Part shown: in pieces, positions 20,525 to 30,527 of the stretch
Layout: every line of letters begins with the position of its first letter
How positions within the stretch are numbered: the stretch's first letter is position 1
Assembly: GCA_040767425.1 (NCBI GenBank)
Contig: JAXGON010000005.1
Location: forward strand, 26,969 to 90,968
Length of the DNA: 64,000 nucleotides
From: Anaerolineae bacterium
GTDB taxonomy: Bacteria; Chloroflexota; Anaerolineae; UBA1429
Direction of reading: 5' to 3'
The notes under the pieces: generated by a model
Seen by the model: the letters and a program-made list of their open reading frames with translations, nothing else
What the model was told of the DNA's origin: nothing
The model's database searches: none
Program-made: the position numbers and the translations under genes

Positions 20525-22204
20525 ATGCCCCAGACGACCGCCCTGTCGACCAATACCTCCACGGCCCGTGCGAGCGACGGGTCGCCCGCCCGCACGCCCG
20601 GCCAGATCACCCTGCAAGAGATCGTCCGCCCCCTGGCCATCGCCGTCATGCTCACCTGCATCGCCATCGCCCTCTCGGCGCTGCTGGCCCGCATCGTACC
20701 AGAGTGGCCCGGCCGCTTTTTCGTCGTGCTGGTATTCTTTGTGAGCCTAGAGAGCGTCCAGGCCTATCGCATCCTGGCTCATCGAGACGTGGGCCAGCGC
20801 GATCGTCTTCGCTTTCGCGTGGTCGAGTGGGTCACGCTCCTGCTGATCATCCGCTTTGGCGTCTATCTGCACCTGGGCTGGGATCGCCTGCTGGAAGATG
20901 CCGCCCTCTGGACCGCCAACGCCCTCGCCATCATCGACTATGGCTTTGTGATGATGGCCATGCTGACGCTGGTGTTCTGGTACATGGCCCTAACGCTGGC
21001 ACAGGCCATTTGGGAGCTCGAGGTCACGCCGCTGGAGCACATCCCCGACGTCACCGATCCGCGCTACTATTTGCGGGCCACCATGCCGCGGCACGGTCAG
21101 ACGGATCGGGCCGGTCGGATCTCTATGATCATGGCCATCTATTTGCTCGGGGGCACGTCGCTCTTGATGTTCACCGGCATGGCCCAGTTCGATCTGCAGA
21201 TGCTCGAGGCGCTGCCGAACGCGCGCCTGGGGTCGTTGGGCGCCAACGCGCTGGTCTATTTCGCCGTGGGGATGCTCCTCTTTAGCCAGGCTCGCTACAC
21301 GGTCCTGCGGGCCCAGTGGGAGTTGCAGGGCATCGCGGTGCGAGGCCGGATCGGCGAGCGCTGGATGGCCTTGGCGATCCTGTTCCTGCTGATGGTCGCG
21401 TTGGGGGCGGTGCTCTTGCCGTCAGGGTACAGCGTGCCGATCTTTGAGGCCGTTAGCGTGGCGGCACGCTGGCTGGCTTGGATCGTGACCCAACTTGTGT
21501 TGCTGATCATCTTTGCCGTCGCCGTGGCCATGCGCTGGTTGCTGGATCTCTTCACGGGCCAGCCTGGTCCGCAACCGAGATACCCCACGCTCCAGCCCAC
21601 GCCGGCCCCTCCCGAGGGCGCCACCGGGCGTGGCACCACCCTCGCCTGGCAGATACTCCGATCGTTGCTGTTCTGGTGGGCGTTGCTGGGCATCGCCGCC
21701 TATTCGGTGCTGCACTTTGTGGGAGATCGGCTGCATCTGCTGGCCTGGTTGCGTCGCACCAAGGGGTGGGCCTGGCTGAGCCAGCTGGCCGACAGGATCC
21801 GCCGGGCCTGGCGGCGGGCATGGGCACTGGCCGGAGGAGCCGTGCGCCAATGGCGCGAGGCGGCTACCCGGCGGCAGCGGGCCCAACTACCCGCTGTGCG
21901 CACCCGCCGGCACATCTCGCTCAAGCGGCTCTCGCCACGCGACCGCGCCCGCTACTATTACCTGGCAGCCCTACGGCAGACCAGCCGCGCGGGGCTGGCC
22001 CGTCCGGCGCAGCTCACGCCCAACGAGTACCGAGAGGTGCTGGTCGAGCAGATACCCGAGGCCACGTCCGAGGCCGAGGAGCTGACGGGAATCTTTCACG
22101 AGGCGCGTTACTCTAGCCATCCCATCGACGACGAGACGGCGTCCCGGGCGCGGTGGCTCCGCCGGCAGCTGGTACATTGGACCCAGGAAAAGCGCCGGCG
22201 CTAG
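20525..22204 (+). CDS. DUF4129-domain multi-pass membrane protein
   Basis: About 11 TM segments. C-terminal YYY..L...G..R...TPNEY...LT..F.EARYS. Confidence 0.85.
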   Translation: MPQTTALSTNTSTARASDGSPARTPGQITLQEIVRPLAIAVMLTCIAIALSALLARIVPEWPGRFFVVLVFFVSLESVQAYRILAHRDVGQRDRLRFRVVEWVTLLLIIRFGVYLHLGWDRLLEDAALWTANALAIIDYGFVMMAMLTLVFWYMALTLAQAIWELEVTPLEHIPDVTDPRYYLRATMPRHGQTDRAGRISMIMAIYLLGGTSLLMFTGMAQFDLQMLEALPNARLGSLGANALVYFAVGMLLFSQARYTVLRAQWELQGIAVRGRIGERWMALAILFLLMVALGAVLLPSGYSVPIFEAVSVAARWLAWIVTQLVLLIIFAVAVAMRWLLDLFTGQPGPQPRYPTLQPTPAPPEGATGRGTTLAWQILRSLLFWWALLGIAAYSVLHFVGDRLHLLAWLRRTKGWAWLSQLADRIRRAWRRAWALAGGAVRQWREAATRRQRAQLPAVRTRRHISLKRLSPRDRARYYYLAALRQTSRAGLARPAQLTPNEYREVLVEQIPEATSEAEELTGIFHEARYSSHPIDDETASRARWLRRQLVHWTQEKRRR

Positions 22205-22363
22205 AGCCCGCGGGACGCGACTAGGGCCGATCGACTCCCTGGGAAAAGTGAGCCCTAGGCCCACCATCCGCTCGCAAGCCCGGGGGATACGCGTGATCTC
22301 TTTGGCCAGCGCCAGACGGGGGCCTATCATGGTATCAACTTGTCATACCACAAAAGGAACGCC

Positions 22364-23314
22364 ATGGAAATCGCATTTGGCCCCGTTCCCTCACGTCGCC
22401 TGGGCCGCAGCCTGGGAATCAACAACGTGCCCCCCAAGCATTGCACCTATGCCTGCGTCTACTGTCAGTTGGGCCGCACGCCCAACCTGCACATCGACCG
22501 GCGCACCTTTCAACGCCCGGAGACTATTATCGCCGCGGTGTCAGAGCGACTTGAGGCACTAGAGGCCCAAGGGGAGGCGCCCCCGGATTATGTCACCTTT
22601 GTGCCCGACGGCGAGACCACCCTGGACCTCTACCTGGACGAGTCGCTGGCCGGCGTGGGCGCGCTAGGGGTACCCACAGCGGTGATCAGCAACGCCTCGC
22701 TGATCGGCGATCCAGCGGTGCGGGAGGCATTGGGGCAAGCTGACTGGGTCTCTCTCAAGGTCGACGCGGTCCATGAAAAGGTCTGGCGGGCCGTCGATCG
22801 GCCCCATGGGCGGTTGCGGCTGGATGCCATCCTACACGGCATCGTCGAATTCGCTGCGGGCTATGAGGGCATCCTGGCCACGGAGACGATGCTGGTGCGC
22901 GGGCTAAACGATGGCCAGGAAGAGATGGAGGCCGTGGCCGAGCAGCTCGCCGCCATCGGGCCAACCATCGCCTATCTTTCGATCCCCACCCGGCCCCCGG
23001 CCGAGTCGTGGGTTTTGCCTCCGGCGGAGGCAGCGCTGAACGCGGCCTTTCAGACGTTGGCGGCGCGGCTCCCCCGGGTCGAGTGGCTGGTCGGCTATGA
23101 GGGCAACGCCTTTGCTTCCACCGGCGATACGGCACAGGATCTGATGCAGATCACGGCGGTGCATCCGATGCGCCAAGATGCCGTGCTAGAGTTGCTGGAG
23201 CGCAACCAGCAGGCGTGGCAGGTGGTGGAACGACTGGTGGCCTCGGAGCAGCTACTAGAGCTTGGCTATGGGGGCGAGCGATTCTATCTGCGGCCCGTGG
23301 CACGGCGCGGCTAG
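22364..23314 (+). CDS. Radical SAM protein (COG0731/TYW1-like)
   Basis: FGPVPSRRLGRSLGIN, CTYACVYCQ. Confidence 0.92.
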   Translation: MEIAFGPVPSRRLGRSLGINNVPPKHCTYACVYCQLGRTPNLHIDRRTFQRPETIIAAVSERLEALEAQGEAPPDYVTFVPDGETTLDLYLDESLAGVGALGVPTAVISNASLIGDPAVREALGQADWVSLKVDAVHEKVWRAVDRPHGRLRLDAILHGIVEFAAGYEGILATETMLVRGLNDGQEEMEAVAEQLAAIGPTIAYLSIPTRPPAESWVLPPAEAALNAAFQTLAARLPRVEWLVGYEGNAFASTGDTAQDLMQITAVHPMRQDAVLELLERNQQAWQVVERLVASEQLLELGYGGERFYLRPVARRG

Positions 23315-23441
23315 GGCGGGCCGACGCGCTACCTCGATCCCACCGTAGCGGAACGGCCCCTTGGCGGCTTACCTTGCCAAGAGGCCCCCGAATCGGTATG
23401 CTCTGGAGTCGTCGGCATCCACACCCACGGTGGGAAACCGC

Positions 23442-24266
23442 ATGGCTCGCCCTTCTTGGTTCGTCGCACTCGTCCGACACGCGGTGCGCACCGCCCCATG
23501 GATCGCCAAGGCCACCCAGCTCCCGGTGGTGGGGCCGGTGCTGCGCGCCTTGCTATGCTTTCTCACGCGCCACGACGACGCCATCTACCTACCCAAGGAT
23601 CGGGTCATCGCGGTGCGAGAGCCCCTACCAGCCAGCGAAAGCCTGGCCCTGCCCTCGCAAATCGTGGAGCACTTTGTGCGAGAGGCCAGCTTTCGCTGGA
23701 TCATGAACCGATGCCTGTGCCGCCATGCTAATCACTGCGAACAGTACCCCATCGACCTGGGGTGCTTGTTCCTGGGAGAGGCCGCCCGCCAGATCAACCC
23801 CAGCCTGGGGCGGCCAGCCACGGTGGAAGAGGCGCTAGCCCACGTAGCACGCGCTCGCGAGCTGGGGCTGGTGCACATGGTCGGCCGCCACACCTTTGAT
23901 TCGCACTGGCTGGGCGCGCGCCCGGCCGAGCGCCTGATGACCATCTGCTCCTGCTGCCCCTGCTGCTGCGTCATCGGTCAGTTGCAGCATGTGCCGCCCC
24001 ACGTCCACCATAGCATCGCGCCCATGCCCGGCGTCCACGTGCGCGTAACCGACGCATGCACCGGATGTGGTCGCTGCACGCGGGGAATCTGCTTTACCAA
24101 CGCCATCGCGATGGTCGATGGGCGCGCGGTGATCGCGGGGTTGTGCGTGGCCTGCGGGCGCTGCGTCGAGATCTGCCCCAACCAAGCGCTGGAGCTTTGC
24201 GTGGAGGATAACGCTTATGTCGAGACGACCATCCGCCGCCTGGAGCGTCGGGTTGACGTACACTAG
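23442..24266 (+). CDS. 4Fe-4S ferredoxin-domain protein
   Basis: CLCR, ICSCCPCCC, CTGCGRC..IC, CVACGRCVEICP. Confidence 0.88.
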   Translation: MARPSWFVALVRHAVRTAPWIAKATQLPVVGPVLRALLCFLTRHDDAIYLPKDRVIAVREPLPASESLALPSQIVEHFVREASFRWIMNRCLCRHANHCEQYPIDLGCLFLGEAARQINPSLGRPATVEEALAHVARARELGLVHMVGRHTFDSHWLGARPAERLMTICSCCPCCCVIGQLQHVPPHVHHSIAPMPGVHVRVTDACTGCGRCTRGICFTNAIAMVDGRAVIAGLCVACGRCVEICPNQALELCVEDNAYVETTIRRLERRVDVH

Positions 24267-24658
24267 GGGCCTGCCCACCCATCCACGCATCAGAACGCGG
24301 AGGCTTCCCCCTCCGCGTTTTCGCACATGGGTTCAGTTGGTCGGCCGGGCATTCAGCCCGACGTCAGCTCTAGCCGCAACTGGGCAATCTGCTCCAGGCG
24401 CGGCAGAGACGGCCGCCCCCCACCAGCCCGGCGCTGAGCCGTTCGTCGCCCAGGGGCAGCAACCCTGCGGCAGCCGCCACCCGCAACAGCTCCGCTCGCG
24501 CCTGGCCGTCCAGGTCGGGAGCTTGGCCCAAGGCCTAGCTACACCCGCGCTCGGCCTTGGCCTCCTCGTCGCGATCAAGAAACACGGGTAGCGACGAGAT
24601 CAGCAACGACGGGTTCTCGTCCATAGTGCATCCACCCATCACGGCCTACCCAGCCGCT

Positions 24659-24721
24659 CGGTAACATTATCTTCTGAGGGATGGATCAGCCTTCGGTAAC
24701 ATGATCATTTGGGTAGACACA
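24659..24721 (+). mobile_element. Isolated IS end relic related to the 17944-18003 end
   Basis: Two GGTAACAT motifs 35 bp apart ending in CACA. 24661-24680 matches 17944-17963 at 18/20. Confidence 0.6.
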
Positions 24722-24899
24722 AGGGCGATCGGGTAACTCCGTAAAATCACCCACACGATTTGCGCGACATTGCCCATGCGCGAACGGGGCATCGGGCCTA
24801 TACTGTCTAGTGTAAGAGTCAGACTGATCAGATTCGACGACCCTGAACAGCCTGACGGCTCCACAACGACGTGTGAGCAACTCTCTCTCCTCCTTGGTT

Positions 24900-24945
24900 A
24901 GCGAGCCCGGTGCACCGCATTCGGCGGCGGTGCATCGGGCTCGCT
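24900..24945 (+). terminator. 19-bp hairpin (3' end of a possible sRNA, or terminator for the converging operon)
   Basis: AGCGAGCCCGGTGCACCGC / GCGGTGCATCGGGCTCGCT, with one G-U on the plus strand. Confidence 0.6.
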
Positions 24946-24974
24946 GCGTCTGCCCGGGCGGCAAACCAGAACCG

Positions 24975-25127
24975 CTACTCCGCGGCCAGGTGGCAGACCA
25001 TCTCGCTGATGCTCATGCCGCCCGACCGCACGCGAAAGGTGAGCTGTTCGTCCGAGAGGAGCGCCAGGCCGCGGCGGGGGCGGTCGCGTTCGGCGCTCCA
25101 GTTGGTGAGCAGATCCATGGCACGCAT
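24975..25127 (-). pseudogene. Truncated DinB-like gene
   Basis: GAGGAG SD. MRAMDLLTNW...LSDEQLTFR..GGMSISEMVCHLAAE*RFWF: a DinB-type first-His motif interrupted by TAG. Confidence 0.6.
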
Positions 25128-25149
25128 GGGAGGCTCCTCTATGGGGCGT

Positions 25150-26385
25150 CTAGCCCCAGATCTCGTCGGTTATCTCTCGGACAGCTCGCACCCATCGCAC
25201 GATCCGCTCCGGTTCGCCCTGGACGGTCTCGACGTCCTTGAGGGTCACATCGACGATGCAGCCGTTGCGCTGGCAAGCGGTGAGATCCTCCCACAGAATG
25301 CCGCGAACGCGGTCCTCGTCCCAGCCGTAGGCGACCATGTCGGCTGGGCTGGGGCGGTAGCTCAGGACGTAGGCATCGCCGATCTGCTCGGCGCAGCGGG
25401 CCACATCAGCCGCAGGCGCCACGCCGATGCGGCGCAGGTTCGGGATCTGCCGCAGCAGGTCGATCTTGTGGGTGAGGTCCTCGCAGCAGCCATAGGCGCT
25501 GAGACCAAAGGGCGTCATCAGCGGGATCTGGTACTGGAGCATAAACTCGTTCCAGAGGCGGGGCCCCACCGCTGTCAGCTCTTGCGAGGCGCAGTAGGTC
25601 CATAGCTGGCGACGGGTCACCGGTCGGCCATCAGCGACGGGATCGGGCAGCTCTAGGGCGTAAGGCATCGCCTGGTTCTGATGATTGGTCAGCGTCCAGT
25701 GGCCGGCGTCCTCGGCTTGCTGGTGGGTGCGCAGGATACCATCGCGCATGTGGGCCAGGAGGCGGTGTAGCCAGGCGGGGCGATCGTGCATGTCCCACAT
25801 GATCTGCTCCAGGCCGCGCAGATAGGCCAGTTGGGTGGAGATGTCGCCATCCCACATGCGGTAGGCAGGGGCGCGGTCCACCACCAGCGGCAGCAGATCG
25901 CCGATGGCGTCCTGCACGCGGGCGAGGCGTTGGGCGGTGGCCTCCTCATCGACGCCATGGACGGGCTGGTGCAGGTGGGCCAGATCGGACTCGTCCTTGA
26001 GAGGAGGATCCCACACGCCGGCGCCGCCCCCGCCGCGCCCGTGCCACCGCACCGGCAACCCCCAGACGCCCTCTGGCGGCACCACGACCGCCGCACGTAC
26101 CTCCAGCCAGGGCTCGATGATATAGTCATCGGCGAACTGGGCGCGAAACAAGGCCTGGCGCATGACGCTCTCGTAGGGATGCCAGAAGGGATCGGCGCAC
26201 TGGAGGCGCGACTCGGGCAGCTCTTCCCAGGCAAACGCGCGCACATAGATGGGCACCCCCACGCGTTGGAGGCTATTGTGGCGACGCCAGAGATCGCGGC
26301 GACGGTCCTGAATGGGGTCGGCAGCCAGCTCCGCATAGCAGCTCGCCAACTGGCGTAGAATGGCGACGTCATGGGTGAGTGACAT
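25150..26385 (-). CDS. URO-D-like TIM-barrel protein of unknown function
   Basis: YLRGLEQIMWD..DRP, SQE..V.P..W.EF, YGCCEDL, LKDVETV. Confidence 0.8.
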   Translation of the reverse strand: MSLTHDVAILRQLASCYAELAADPIQDRRRDLWRRHNSLQRVGVPIYVRAFAWEELPESRLQCADPFWHPYESVMRQALFRAQFADDYIIEPWLEVRAAVVVPPEGVWGLPVRWHGRGGGGAGVWDPPLKDESDLAHLHQPVHGVDEEATAQRLARVQDAIGDLLPLVVDRAPAYRMWDGDISTQLAYLRGLEQIMWDMHDRPAWLHRLLAHMRDGILRTHQQAEDAGHWTLTNHQNQAMPYALELPDPVADGRPVTRRQLWTYCASQELTAVGPRLWNEFMLQYQIPLMTPFGLSAYGCCEDLTHKIDLLRQIPNLRRIGVAPAADVARCAEQIGDAYVLSYRPSPADMVAYGWDEDRVRGILWEDLTACQRNGCIVDVTLKDVETVQGEPERIVRWVRAVREITDEIWG

Positions 26386-26482
26386 GAACAGGGCTCCCTG
26401 TGTGTGATGGATCGAGACGGCAAGGGCTCACATGAGACCAATCTAGGCCAACATTATAGCGCAGAGCGCCAGCTTGGTACCA

Positions 26483-26511
26483 TTGACCCGGCCCCGTTCA
26501 CAGGCCATAAT
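26483..26511 (+). promoter_or_regulatory. sigma70-type promoter of pfkA
   Basis: TTGACC-17 bp-CATAAT. Confidence 0.6.
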
Positions 26512-26545
26512 GGCGGCGTGGCGCGATAGCTGTAGGAGGTGGCCC

Positions 26546-27616
26546 ATGGGCGGCAAGCTGATCGGCGTCCTGACATCGGGCGGTGATTGCCCCGGCTTGA
26601 ACGCCGCCATTCGGGCGGTGGGCAAGGCGGCGCATTCACGCGGCATCGAGGTCGTGGGGTTCCTGGACGGGTTTCGCGGCTTGGTGGAGAACCGCTACAT
26701 CCGACTGGACAATGCGCGGCTCTCAGGTATCCTGACGCTGGGCGGCACCATCCTGGGCACCAGCCGAGACAAGCCTCACAAGATGGTCATGGGCTCGGGC
26801 GAGGTGATGAACATGCTGCCCGTGGCAGTGGACAACTATGATCGTCTGCACCTCGATGCACTGGTCTGCCTGGGCGGCAACGGCACGCAAAAGAACGCCT
26901 ACCGCCTGGCCAAGGAGGGGCTGAATATCCTGACGCTCCCCAAGACCATCGACAATGACGTGGCCGGAACCGACGTGACCTTTGGCTTTGATACCGCCAT
27001 GAGCATCGCCACCGACGCCATCGACCGACTGCATACGACGGCGGATAGCCATCAGCGTACCATGGTGGTCGAGATCATGGGCCACGAGGTGGGCTGGTTG
27101 ACGCTGGGGGCTGGCCTGGCGGGTGGAGCCGATGTGATCCTGATCCCCGAGATCCCCTATGATGTGGAGCGGGTGGTGGAGCCGATCCTTTCGCGCAGCC
27201 GCCGAGGCAAGCGGTTTAGCATCGTGGCCGTGGCCGAGGGCGCCCGCCCCAAGGGCGAGGATGCCGAGCATGGCGATGACGATGATGAGGATCCCGAGGA
27301 GGCCTGGCACAGCCACAGTCTGGCGTTGGTGCAGCAGCTAGGAGAGAGGGCCGAGATCGAGGTGCGGTTCACGGCCTTGGGCCATCTGCAGCGCGGGGGC
27401 TCGCCGACGGCCTATGATCGCCTGCTGGCCACCAGGCTGGGCACGCGCTGCGCCGAACTGATCGCCGATGACGTCGGCGGGGTGATGGTGGCAGTGCGCG
27501 GCGACGACTGTGTGCCCGTTCCGCTCAAAGAGGTGGCCGGCGAGCTGCGCAAGGTGCCCAAGAACCATCCTTGGATCGCTTCGGCGCGAGCGGTGGGGAC
27601 CAGCTTTGGCGACTGA
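26546..27616 (+). CDS. pfkA: 6-phosphofructokinase (PfkA family, group III-like)
   Basis: [46 protein letters not shown]. Confidence 0.93.
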   Translation: MGGKLIGVLTSGGDCPGLNAAIRAVGKAAHSRGIEVVGFLDGFRGLVENRYIRLDNARLSGILTLGGTILGTSRDKPHKMVMGSGEVMNMLPVAVDNYDRLHLDALVCLGGNGTQKNAYRLAKEGLNILTLPKTIDNDVAGTDVTFGFDTAMSIATDAIDRLHTTADSHQRTMVVEIMGHEVGWLTLGAGLAGGADVILIPEIPYDVERVVEPILSRSRRGKRFSIVAVAEGARPKGEDAEHGDDDDEDPEEAWHSHSLALVQQLGERAEIEVRFTALGHLQRGGSPTAYDRLLATRLGTRCAELIADDVGGVMVAVRGDDCVPVPLKEVAGELRKVPKNHPWIASARAVGTSFGD

Positions 27617-27696
27617 CGGCCGGCTTGGGCTAGGATGACGCGCGCCGGTGCGCGGCGCAATTGATCGGAGATGAGAGAGTCACGAGGAGCGTGCCC

Positions 27697-28866
27697 ATGT
27701 CGACCGCCGTAGAGATCGATGGCGCCCGATTCCTAATCAACGGGCAGCCCACGTACGAGGGCGTTACCTGGCAGGGGCGCTCCATGGAAGGCCTGCTCAT
27801 GAACTCTCGCATGGTGCAGGCCACCTTTGATGACGAGAATCCCTCCACCCGCGAGGTCTGGGCGTATCCGGACACGGGCACGTGGGACCCCGACCGCAAC
27901 ACCGACGAGTTCTGTCGTGCGCTGCCCGCATACCGGCGGCACGGGTTGCTCGCCGTCACCGTCGGCCTGCAGGGCGGTGGCGCTGTGTTCACGGACGAGG
28001 TCTATGGCCACTACCTGAACTCGGCCTTTACGCCAGAGGGGGCGCTCAAGCCTGCCTATGCCGCGCGGATGGGCCGCATCCTGGATGCCGCTGACGAGGC
28101 CGGCCTGGTGGTGATCGTGAACTATTTCTACTGGCGCCAGGCCACGCGGTTCGCTGGTGACGCCGCCGTCGTGAGGGCGGTCCAGGAGGCTACCCACTGG
28201 TTGCTCTCGACCGGTCACCGGAATCTCTTGCTGGATATCATGAACGAGGCTCACGCATGGCAGGGCATCCCAGCCTGCCTGCTGCCCGAGGAAATCCACC
28301 GTCTGATCGAGATCGCGCAGCAGGTTACCTGGCAAGGGCGCAGGATCCCCACCGCGGTCAGCACCATCGGCGGGCCAGGGCTGCCGACACCGCGCTGGCA
28401 GCGGGCTGAGGATTTCCATCTGCCCCATGGCAACGGCCTGATGGCCGATGAGCTCGCGGCCAAGCTGCGACGGCTCAAGGCGACGGAGGGCTACCGCCGC
28501 AGGCCCAAGCCCATCGTCGTGAACGAAGACTCGATCTATGTGGAGAACATGGAGGCGGCGGTCGCGGAGGGATGCTCATGGGGGTTCTACTGCCAGGGAT
28601 ACGGCAGCCACTACCGTGATCGGATGGACTGGACAACTCGCCCCCGTGAACACCGCCATTCTGACCTGAGCGGTTACCAGACGGTGCCCGTCAACTGGGA
28701 GATCAACACGCCGATCAAGCGGGCGTTCTTCCAGCGGTTGGCGCAGATGACGCAGGCGCCGGCCCCACGGGAGCCGTGCCGACTGAGCCGCGGGGCGTCC
28801 AAGGATCGACAGTTGATTCCTAGCGCCGGGGCAGGTAGGTTGGGCGCGCATACGAGCTTTACCTAG
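27697..28866 (+). CDS. Hypothetical glycoside-hydrolase-like TIM-barrel protein
   Basis: FLING..TY, GLLMNSRMVQ, IMNE and VNED putative catalytic Glu residues. GAGGAG SD. Confidence 0.7.
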   Translation: MSTAVEIDGARFLINGQPTYEGVTWQGRSMEGLLMNSRMVQATFDDENPSTREVWAYPDTGTWDPDRNTDEFCRALPAYRRHGLLAVTVGLQGGGAVFTDEVYGHYLNSAFTPEGALKPAYAARMGRILDAADEAGLVVIVNYFYWRQATRFAGDAAVVRAVQEATHWLLSTGHRNLLLDIMNEAHAWQGIPACLLPEEIHRLIEIAQQVTWQGRRIPTAVSTIGGPGLPTPRWQRAEDFHLPHGNGLMADELAAKLRRLKATEGYRRRPKPIVVNEDSIYVENMEAAVAEGCSWGFYCQGYGSHYRDRMDWTTRPREHRHSDLSGYQTVPVNWEINTPIKRAFFQRLAQMTQAPAPREPCRLSRGASKDRQLIPSAGAGRLGAHTSFT

Positions 28867-29203
28867 TGAGCACTATTGTCCTTCTGCGGGCGCACGCGGC
28901 TTTGCGCTCGACGGCAGGCCCTGCACCGCCTGGGTCGCAGAGCAGAGATCCTCGCCTCGCGTCTAGGTTCACCAGGCCGAATGATCGTTCGACATGGTTG
29001 CACCGACACCCGACCAGAAGAGGGCTGTATCCACTTTGCCGATCAGAGGGTGATCTAGCGGCCCATCGTGATGGGTCTGCCCTGTTCTACTCGCGCGCTT
29101 GTGACCTCTGGCAGCATGGCTATAATGGCGTCAGTTCCGATAGCGGCGCCGCATATCCGGAGGCGGCCATTGGGGGCTGCCAGCTCAAAGAGGAGAAGGT
29201 ACC

Positions 29204-29608
29204 ATGACCAAGCTGCTCGAGATCGAAGGTATCGGTGAGGCCTATGCCAACCAGCTCGCCGAGGTGGGCGTCCGTAGCCTGGAGGACTTGCTCGAGAAGG
29301 GATCCACGCCTAACGGGCGCAAGGACTTGGCCGAGGCCACGGGCATCAGCGGCAAGCTGATCCTTGAGTGGGTCAACCTGGCAGACCTGTTCCGCATCAA
29401 GGGTATCGGCGAAGAGTATTCGGACCTGCTCGAAGAGGCGGGTGTGGATACGGTCGTCGAGCTGGCCCAGCGCAACGCTGAGAACCTCTATGCCAAGCTC
29501 CAGGAAGTGAACGCCGAGAAAAAACTGGTGCGCAAGCTCCCGGCGCTATCACAGGTCACCAGTTGGGTGGCGCAGGCCAAGGAGCTGCCGCGGGTGGTCC
29601 AGTACTAG
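29204..29608 (+). CDS. DUF4332 helix-hairpin-helix protein
   Basis: IEGIG..YA..L, ADLFRIKGIGEEYSDLLE.AGVDTV.ELA.RN. Confidence 0.9.
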   Translation: MTKLLEIEGIGEAYANQLAEVGVRSLEDLLEKGSTPNGRKDLAEATGISGKLILEWVNLADLFRIKGIGEEYSDLLEEAGVDTVVELAQRNAENLYAKLQEVNAEKKLVRKLPALSQVTSWVAQAKELPRVVQY

Positions 29609-29634
29609 GCTCTAGCGCCGACGCGGTTGCCACG

Positions 29635-29676
29635 CAGGGCCCGCTCGACCCCAAGAGGGTTGGGTGGGCCCTGTTT
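29635..29676 (+). terminator. Intrinsic terminator
   Basis: CAGGGCCCGCTCGACCC/GGGTTGGGTGGGCCCTG + TTT. Confidence 0.65.
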
Positions 29677-29788
29677 GCCTATTCCAGCGCAAGCTCCAGG
29701 ATTCGGTGGGTACCAGCTCGCGTCTTGCCGCGGCGACGGACGTCGGCCTATACTGCATCCGAGGCACAGGACCAGCGTGGGAGCGCCG

Positions 29789-30493
29789 ATGAGTCGTATC
29801 GAGGTTCACAATCAAGGCTGTTGGGCTAGCATCGGAGACGGCGACGCGGCCGCGTACGATGCAGCCCGAGAGCCACGCTGCGAGTGGACGAGTCGCACGG
29901 CCTTTGAGCCCAACCTGCACGGTTGGCGTCTGCCGAACCACTTCCGCTGGGGGCCCCGGGGGCGTTGGGCCTATGGCTTGTGCGGTGGGCTCTGCTATGC
30001 GGCGCTGGACTATTGGGCGCAAGGCCGGCCCGTCCCGACCGATCGCGACCCAGCACGATTGCGCTCTCGCACGCTGGGCTATTTGCGGCGGCGCCAGGCG
30101 GCCAGCATGGCCCCACGACATCTCTGCAAGCTGGCGCGTTGGCTGCTCATGGCGGACGCGACCATCGCGCAAAAGGTGTTCGCAGAGGTGGTGCCGGAGC
30201 TGCGGGCAGCGCTGGAGGAGGGCCGGCCCGTGCCGCTGATGCTGGTACGCACGCGAGATCTGAGGCGTCCCTGGAACAACCATCAGGTGGTGGCGCACGG
30301 CTGCACTTGTGACGCGGTCACCGGTACGATACGCTTGCAGGTGTACGATCCCAACCACGCGGGCCAGTCTGTGGAGATCACGCTCGAGACCGCTGATGGA
30401 GATGGCACGCCACGCCTAGCCCAGTCGACGGGTGAGCCGCTGCGCGGGCTGTTCCCGTTACGCTACCGACCAGCACCTCCTCCCACCATCTGA
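29789..30493 (+). CDS. Hypothetical protein with papain-like Cys-His-Asp pattern
   Basis: GLCGGLC, NHQVVAHG, VYDPN. Confidence 0.7.
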   Translation: MSRIEVHNQGCWASIGDGDAAAYDAAREPRCEWTSRTAFEPNLHGWRLPNHFRWGPRGRWAYGLCGGLCYAALDYWAQGRPVPTDRDPARLRSRTLGYLRRRQAASMAPRHLCKLARWLLMADATIAQKVFAEVVPELRAALEEGRPVPLMLVRTRDLRRPWNNHQVVAHGCTCDAVTGTIRLQVYDPNHAGQSVEITLETADGDGTPRLAQSTGEPLRGLFPLRYRPAPPPTI

Positions 30494-30527
30494 CGGGGCC
30501 GGGATCTGGCACAAGGAGGACCACGCC

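Noticed and set aside
24975-24977. Pyrrolysine/amber read-through in the DinB-like ORF
   Set aside because: No pyl genes are in the window, TAG is a common normal stop here, and the frame loses DinB character shortly afterwards.
28866-29200. ncRNA or ORF in the intergenic region before DUF4332
   Set aside because: No convincing stems, terminator or coding signal, only a TATAAT promoter-like box near 29121.
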